In this document: positions 57,501 through 64,000 of the stretch, one piece after another
Layout: each line of letters begins with the position of its first letter
Position numbering within the stretch: position 1 is the first letter of the stretch
NCBI GenBank assembly: GCA_965205505.1
Contig: CBDBHB010000007.1
Coordinates: 544,001-608,000 of the forward strand
DNA length: 64,000 nt
Reading direction: 5' to 3'
Origin: Acidobacteriota bacterium
Lineage (GTDB): Bacteria > Acidobacteriota > UBA890 > WLXD01
Translations under genes and position numbers: made by a program
The notes under the pieces: model-generated
The model's input: the letters and a program-made list of their open reading frames with translations, nothing else
What the model was told of the DNA's origin: nothing
Database searches by the model: none

Positions 57501-60348
57501 GTGCATAAGCCCAAGTCTGTTCTAATCCTCTGCGTCGCGTTGGTGGTGGGTGCGGGTCCCCGGCAGCAAACCTCGAGCCCGTCCGACGATGGCTCCGCAC
57601 AACGCAAGCGTCAGGCCGAATCCGCCCAGGGAGAATCTGCCGCAAGGGAATCCGAGCGGGCAGAGTCTGTCAGGCCAAGACTCGCCAAGCTCGAGTCGGG
57701 CACGAGGGACTCCGCCAAGACCGAGGGCCGGCAGGTACAGCAGCCGGTCGGGCCGCGCACGATTCTGGTACGCATGGTCACTCCGAGCAGGCGAATCAGC
57801 CTGCCCGGCGCACCGTTGGCAGGGAGCGGAAGTCCGACGTCGTTGTCGGCGCTCACCGTGCCCACGCAGACACCGAGAAGGTATATCCCGGTGCGGATGG
57901 TGACACCGGGCGAGTTGAACGCGCCCGTTCGTGTCACCGGCGCTCCGCTAATCGATCCCGGTGGCGTGCCGTCACCGGCACCCGTCGACCTCAGCGTGCC
58001 AGCACCGTTGGTTGCGGGCAATGCCACGACCGTGCGACCGAGCGCCCCCGGCAACGTCTTGGTACAGCCGATCAATCCGGGCGAGGCTGTCGTACAGCCG
58101 ATCAGACCGAGGGGTCCGGCCGCTGTCGCCCCCGCGCCGCCGATCGGTGCGGGAGGCAACGCCTTCGGCCCGACGCCTGCCGCCCCCGAGCCAGCGTTCG
58201 GGGCCACGCGACCACGATCGGCGCGCGCACCCGGTGTGACTCCAGGCATGGCAGTCACACGCGTCGTCGAGACTCCGGTGATGGACGGCATCGTCGATGA
58301 TGCCAGCTGGGCCCTGGCAGATGTAGCCACCGACTTCCTTCAGCGCGAGCCACAGGAAGGACAGCCGGCCTCGGAGCGGACGGAGGTGCGTGTTCTGTAC
58401 GACGACGAGAACCTGTATGTCGGCGTGATCGCCTACGACAGCAACCCGAGCGCCATCCTCGCCACGGAGTTACGACGCGATGCGCTGGGCGGCAGAGGAT
58501 GGTGGTGGTGGTGGCTCGGACGATACCTTCAGCCTCCTGCTCGATACCTTCCACGATGGTCGCAGCGCGTTCCTGTTCACGGTGAACGCGCTGGGCGCCC
58601 GCTACGACGCCACCATCCGCAACGAGCGCCAGATCAACTCCGACTGGGACGAGGCCTGGGAGGCGGCGGCGCAGATCACCGCGCGCGGCTGGGAGGCCGA
58701 GATGGTCATCCCGCTGGCGATCCTGCGCTTCTCCTCCGGCGCAGCCAACTGGGGCGTCGACTTCGAGCGCCAGATCCGCCATAAGAACGAGCAAGTGGCG
58801 TGGAGCAACTACCGACGCGATTTTCGATTCATCAGCGTGTCGCAGGCGGGTGACCTGCGTGGCTTCGAGAACCTCTCGGTGACCCAGCGGTTCCGGCTCA
58901 GGCCGTACTTTCTGGGCGGCGCTACCTCGCTGTTCGAGGATCCAGGACGCACGAACGACGTCACCAACCAGTTCGGCATCGACGATCTCAAGATCCAGCT
59001 GACGTCAAACCTCACCGCCGATCTGACCTACAATACCGACTTCGCCCACGTCGAGTTCGATCAACAACGGGTGAACCTGACGCGCTTCTCGCTCTTTTTC
59101 CCCGAGAAGCGCGACTTCTTCCTCGAGGGGGCCAACAACTTCAGCTTCGGCCCTCAAGGCGGTGGCGGCGGCGGTTTCGGAGCGCCCGTGTTGCGCCTCT
59201 TCCACTCGCGCAACATCGGCTTGTCGGAGCTTGGTGAGCCGACACCGATCAACTTTGGCGCCAAGATGACGGGCAAGCTCGGCAGCGGCAACATCGGCTT
59301 TCTCAACCTCCAGACGGGCGACTCGGAGTTCGGCGGAGGGCGCAACTATACGGCGTTGCGCTGGCGTCAGGATGTGCTGGCCCGATCGAGCGTCGGCGCG
59401 CTGATCACCAACGTCGAAGGGCCCGACGGCGCTACCAACACGGTTGTCGGAGCCGACGCCAACTTCACCTTCTTCGACAACCTCAACATCTCGGCGTTCG
59501 GGGCGCGAGCTACCGACGATGACCTCGAGGAAGGCAAGTTTGCAGGCCAGTTTCGCGCCGGGTGGCAAAGCGACCTGTGGAGCGCAAGCTTCGACATCCT
59601 GCGCATCGACCCGGGCTTCCAGAGCGACCTGGGCTTCGTCCTTCGGGAGGACATCGTTCGTCGAGCATACCGGGCGTCATGGAACCCGCGACCCAGCGTT
59701 CCATGGATGCGGTCGGTGAACTTCGACGTCAACTTCACGACCTTCCACGACACCACCGGAGTGCTCGTCAGCCGCCAGTCGTGGGTCGGCCCATCCCTGA
59801 ACTTCGAGTCGGGAGACTCGATCGCCGCCTACTACACGAACGAGTTCGAGCGGCTGGACTTCCCCTTCCAGATCCACCCGGACGTCGCGATCCCGCCCGG
59901 CGACTACAGCTTCGACAGCCTGTACATGTGGCTGTCCACTTTCGGCGGTCGCCGGGTCAGCATTGGCGGCCAGGCCAGCATCGGGGAATTCTACGACGGC
60001 ACGATCGTATCGCTGTCACCGCGGCTGACGTTCCGGCTCAGCGAGAAGCTTCTCGTTTCCCCAGCCTTCAGCTACAACAAGATCGACCTGCCCGGGGGTA
60101 GCTTCACGACCAACGTGCTCAACGCACGCGTCAACTACAGCTTCTCGGATCGATGGCTCACCGACGCGCTGGTGCAGCACAACAGCCTGTCGGACGGGCT
60201 CTCCGTGTTTGCACGTCTGCGCTACATCTACCGCATCGGCGACGACATCTATCTTGTCTACCGTCAGACGGGCGAATACGACGGCTTCCGCTTCGGCCGC
60301 CACGACCGCTCTCTCACCTTGAAGGTCACACGCTCGTTCAACTGGTAG
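57501..60348 (+). pseudogene. DUF5916 / CBM9-like outer-membrane protein with Pro-rich N-terminus, frameshift near 58500
   Basis: 'DG.VDD..W', 'F.QREP.EG.PASE.TEV..LYD' in one frame; 'LDTFHD', 'NTDFA.VE.D...VNLTRFSLFFPEKR.FFLEG' in the next; shift at a (TGG)5 run. Confidence 0.78.
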
Positions 60349-60565
60349 GCCGGCACTATCAAGTTACGAACGCAGCGCTCAGATCAGGGCCAGCTGTGGC
60401 TGGAGCCGAGTTGCCTCAGCTGGTGACTACCTCGGCTTCCGGAAGAGCCGCTTGGCAGCATTGGCATTACAACGTCGCTGGACCAAGTTGTCGATCACGT
60501 CGCCGTCTTGAGAAGGTTCACCCGGCACGTTCTGCCATTGATCACACCGGGAACTTGAAGGCGCG

Positions 60566-60922
60566 TCACTCGATCCAGAGATCACGGTCGATGTCTTTCC
60601 ACACCTCCACACGCATGTCGGAGTGGTCGAAAACCTCTTGGTAGTAGGGGTCGTTCTCCTTGTACTCGGCGTACGGCCCCTGGTAGTCGCCGCGGCGAGC
60701 CTTGTATGCCTCGAACGCAGCGAGGCTTTCGTACTCCCACACCACGAAGTGACGGCCGGAAGACTCACCGGCTATCTCCTTGACGAAGTAGCGCACGCTC
60801 TTCCACTCTCTGAACAGCTCACGGTGCTCGTTGACCCAACGCAGCCACCGCCGCATGGCATCGTCGTGCTCCTCTTGCTTGCCTTCCGCCACCTTCCAGC
60901 TCTCGACCTCGAACACGGCCAT
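60566..60922 (-). CDS. Small dimeric alpha/beta-barrel (NIPSNAP/ABM-like) protein
   Basis: 118 aa, RBS GGAGG, 'VVWEYESLAAFE'. Confidence 0.55.
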   Translation of the reverse strand: MAVFEVESWKVAEGKQEEHDDAMRRWLRWVNEHRELFREWKSVRYFVKEIAGESSGRHFVVWEYESLAAFEAYKARRGDYQGPYAEYKENDPYYQEVFDHSDMRVEVWKDIDRDLWIE

Positions 60923-61397
60923 CGCCTCTAGCCTCCGTCGCCGAGCTCGGGGCCGTGACGGTCCAGGATTGCGAGCAGGCGTCGACGGCGATCCTCCGCA
61001 AGCGGTTCGACGGCTGGCAAGCTGCCGGCAGTTACGATGTCCCGATTACTGCTGAGGATCGGCAGTACGATGGCCATGGCCCCGGCTCCAGACGTGAGTA
61101 GCCGTCGGCGTGACCAACCTCTGCCGTGAGCCGAGCGATCCGATGCATGGCACCGCGAATCGCCGTCCACGCTGTTGCCATGCGAGCGTACTCCCGCTAT
61201 CGACGCTGTGCCGCGCCTTCCGTTAGCTCCATCCCTCATACGTCGCCCTCGCTCTCCGTCAGCGTGAAGAGGAAGCCTTCAACTATCGGCCGCGAGCTCC
61301 GGTGCTGACGGTCAAACGTCGTCCTCGCCGTCTGGCGCTGGAGTTCCTCGGCACCGGTCGGACTGTGCCAGGCTACCGGTCAACTTGACAGTATCGG

Positions 61398-63811
61398 CTA
61401 CTGGCGCCTTAGAGTCGTCACGGGATCGACACGGGAGGCGCGGCGAGCCGGCGCTCCCGCGGCCACCAGACCCACGCCGATCAGCGTCGCTGCGACTACG
61501 AGGATTGTTGCCGGGTCGGTCGGGCTGACGCCGTAGATGAGTCCCGCTACCAGTCGCCCGGCACCTAGCGCGCCCAGAACTCCCACACCGATCCCGATCA
61601 TCACGAATGCCATCGACTGCACCACCACCAACCTCGCGGTTGAGGCGGCATCGGCACCCAGCGCCATGCGGATTCCAATCTCCGCCCGGCGCTGAACGAC
61701 AGAGTAGGAGATCACGCCGTAGATACCGACGGCTGCCAGGATCAATGCGCAGGTGGCCAGCGCTCCCAGCAACAGCATGTTGAAGCGCGGCTGTGCCAGA
61801 GACTCCCCCACCAGGTCCCTGAGCGCAGCAGCGCGGCGGATCGGCAGGCGCGGATCCAGCTCGCGAACCTGCTGCCCAACTGCGGCGATCACCTGCGCGG
61901 CTGCGCCGGAGCTCCGTACCACGAGGTACATGTCCCGGCGCGCGAATTGCTGGTAGGACGCAAACATCTCTGGCCGCGGCTCCGAGCCGAGGCCGCGGTG
62001 GCGAACATCGCCTACAACCCCGACGATCTCGATGCTACCCGCCATTGGCACTCCGAGGAACTGGCCGATCGGGTCGATCCCGGGAAAGTGGGTCCGAGCC
62101 ATCGTCTCGTTGAACACCATGACCGGGCGAGACTCTTCCCGATCGACCGCATCGATGAGCCTGCCGCGCTTGAGCGGGATTCCCAGAGCCTCGAAGTAGC
62201 CAGGAATCACGGCGCGGTACTCGGACCGTGGCCGGTCCGTCTGTGGCAAGACCGGCGCTCCTTCTATCTGAAAGGGAAGATCGAAGTCCATGCCCACGGT
62301 GCTCATTGGCAGCGCCGACACTGCACCGGCCGCTTGCACGCCGGGCAACCCCGCCACCCGGTCCACCAGCTCATGGTAGAGCTGCACTTGGCTTCCCCGG
62401 TCTCGATACAGGAGTTCCGGCAGTGACAGCCCCACCGAGACAACGTTGTCGATTCGGAACCCCGGGTCAACGTCGTTGAGGTTGCGGTAGCTGCGAATCA
62501 GCAGTCCTGCCGCGACCAACAGCACAAGCGCCAGTGCGACCTCTGCGCTCACCATCAGGTTCAGCAGGCGCCGTGCGCCGCGCCCTCCGGAGTGCCCTCG
62601 CCCTCCCTCCTGCAGCACATCGACCAACGCCGGACGCATGGCCCGCACGCCAGGTATCAGCCCTACGAGCAGCCCTGAGCCGATGGAGGCAAGCGCACTG
62701 AACACCAGCACGTTGAGGTCGATCCCCACCTCCCGCAGCCGCGGCAGCTCGGCTGGCATCGAGGCCCGCAAGGAATCCATACTCCAGGCCACCAGCACCA
62801 ATCCCGCAACGCCACCGACGAGCGCGAGCACCAGGCCGTCGGCCAGCGAGCGGCGCAACAGCGCTCCCTTCCCGGCGCCCAGCGCCGCACGAATAGCGAG
62901 CTCGCGTCGCTGATCGATCGAGCGGGCCAGCATCAGGCTGGCGACATTCACACAGGCGATCATCAGCACGAGCGCGGCCGCGCCGCCTAGCACCGTCAGC
63001 GTGGACGTCATGTTGCCCACCAGCTGCTCTTGTGCCGATACGCTGCGCGCGCCCCAGCCGCGGTTCGTGTCGGGAAAGCGAGAGGCGATTTCCGCGGCGA
63101 TCGCGTCGAGATCCTGTGTCGCCTGCTCGGGCGTGACGCCCGCCGCCAGCCGACCGACGACATTATAAACTCGCATGCCACGTACGTTGATCAATCGTGG
63201 CGGTATCGTCAGGGGCGTCCACGCTTCGACTTCTTCCTCATCCGGCGGGAACTCGAACCCTCGGGGCATCACGCCCACGACGGAATAACCCTCGCCATCG
63301 AGACGTATGGTCTGCTCGACGATTCTCGGATCCGAGCTGAAGTGGCGAGCCCAAAGACGATGACTCAGGAGGATCCTCCGCTCGCTTCCCTCCTGCTCGT
63401 CGTCAACGCCGAATAGGCGCCCGGCCACCGGTGTTGCACCGAGCACCGCGAACAACTCAGGCGTCACCTGAAGCGTTGTGATGTGCTCCGGCTCTTCCAG
63501 CTCGGTAAGCACGTGACCGCCGTAGCGATAGGCAGCCATCGTCTGGAAGCTGCGAGAACCCTGTCGCCAATCGACGAAGGTCCCTGCCGAGGCCTGGTCC
63601 TGATCGATGCCAATTTCCGGGTTGCTCTCCCAGACCGTCCTCACGCGATCGGGCTCGGGATACGGAAGTGGCCGCAGCAGTACCGCGTTCAGCACGCTGA
63701 ACAGCGCCGTGTTGACCCCGATTCCCAACGCCAGGGTCGCGACAACGATCAGACTCGGCCCCGGTCACTGCTGGCGAGCGATCTCAGGGCAACCTGTATG
63801 TCACGGAGCAT
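61398..63811 (-). pseudogene. Duplicated ABC/MacB-type permease (ADOP-like), frameshift near 63765
   Basis: '[23 protein letters not shown]', '[13 protein letters not shown]', '[10 protein letters not shown]', 'PARRA.RVDP'; start 'MLRDIQVALRSL' is out of frame. Confidence 0.82.
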
Positions 63812-64000
63812 TATTAGGTTCCTCCGAGCGTCAAACTCGCGTGTAACGCGAGCATGCGGCGTGGCAATGCGAATCCTAAGGTGCTCGACACTTACACTCT
63901 AGAGTACCCGGCGGTAGGCATGGTTGGGCACAACTTCGCTGTCGCGAGACTCGGACCGTCTCTCAGCTGGTTACTACCTCGCCTCAGGTCCGACAGGCGC

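Noticed and set aside
63925-63934. TGGGCACAAC as another att arm
   Set aside because: It is a single word without the 11-bp partner, the rest of the arm or a tRNA half.
1-64000. CRISPR array or cas genes
   Set aside because: No regularly spaced 25-45-bp repeats with unique spacers and no Cas-like ORF were seen; the repeats are kilobases apart.

Overview
GC-rich accessory region, probably from an Acidobacteriota genome. This assignment is inferred from an ADOP-type duplicated permease and a kinase tail 'LNWFDELKRLVP'. There are no core housekeeping genes. The main hidden structure is an apparent tandem island array anchored on one intact tRNA-Arg(TCT) (55173-55246). A tyrosine integrase gene ends just upstream of that tRNA. 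Three further 39-nt copies of the tRNA 5' HALF (28047, 39277, 47586) all stop at the anticodon loop and sit in conserved att-like arms. They divide the DNA into modules of about 11.2, 8.3 and 7.6 kb. Only the tRNA-proximal module has an integrase; it also carries an IS-broken Pycsar-like pair, an ImmA/IrrE protease, IS3 and IS630. The other modules and the flanks carry mostly exported catabolic enzymes: sulfatases, GH78, amidohydrolases, two SpdH-like oxidoreductases, two Tat-signal Rieske oxygenases, a di-heme PQQ dehydrogenase, a GMC pair and CocE. Two vapBC pairs, two CTAG-targeting MITE families sharing one internal hairpin, several degenerate intergenic repeats and many pseudogenes or gene-end fragments are also present. 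All calls were made by eye without database searches. Frameshifts may be sequencing errors.
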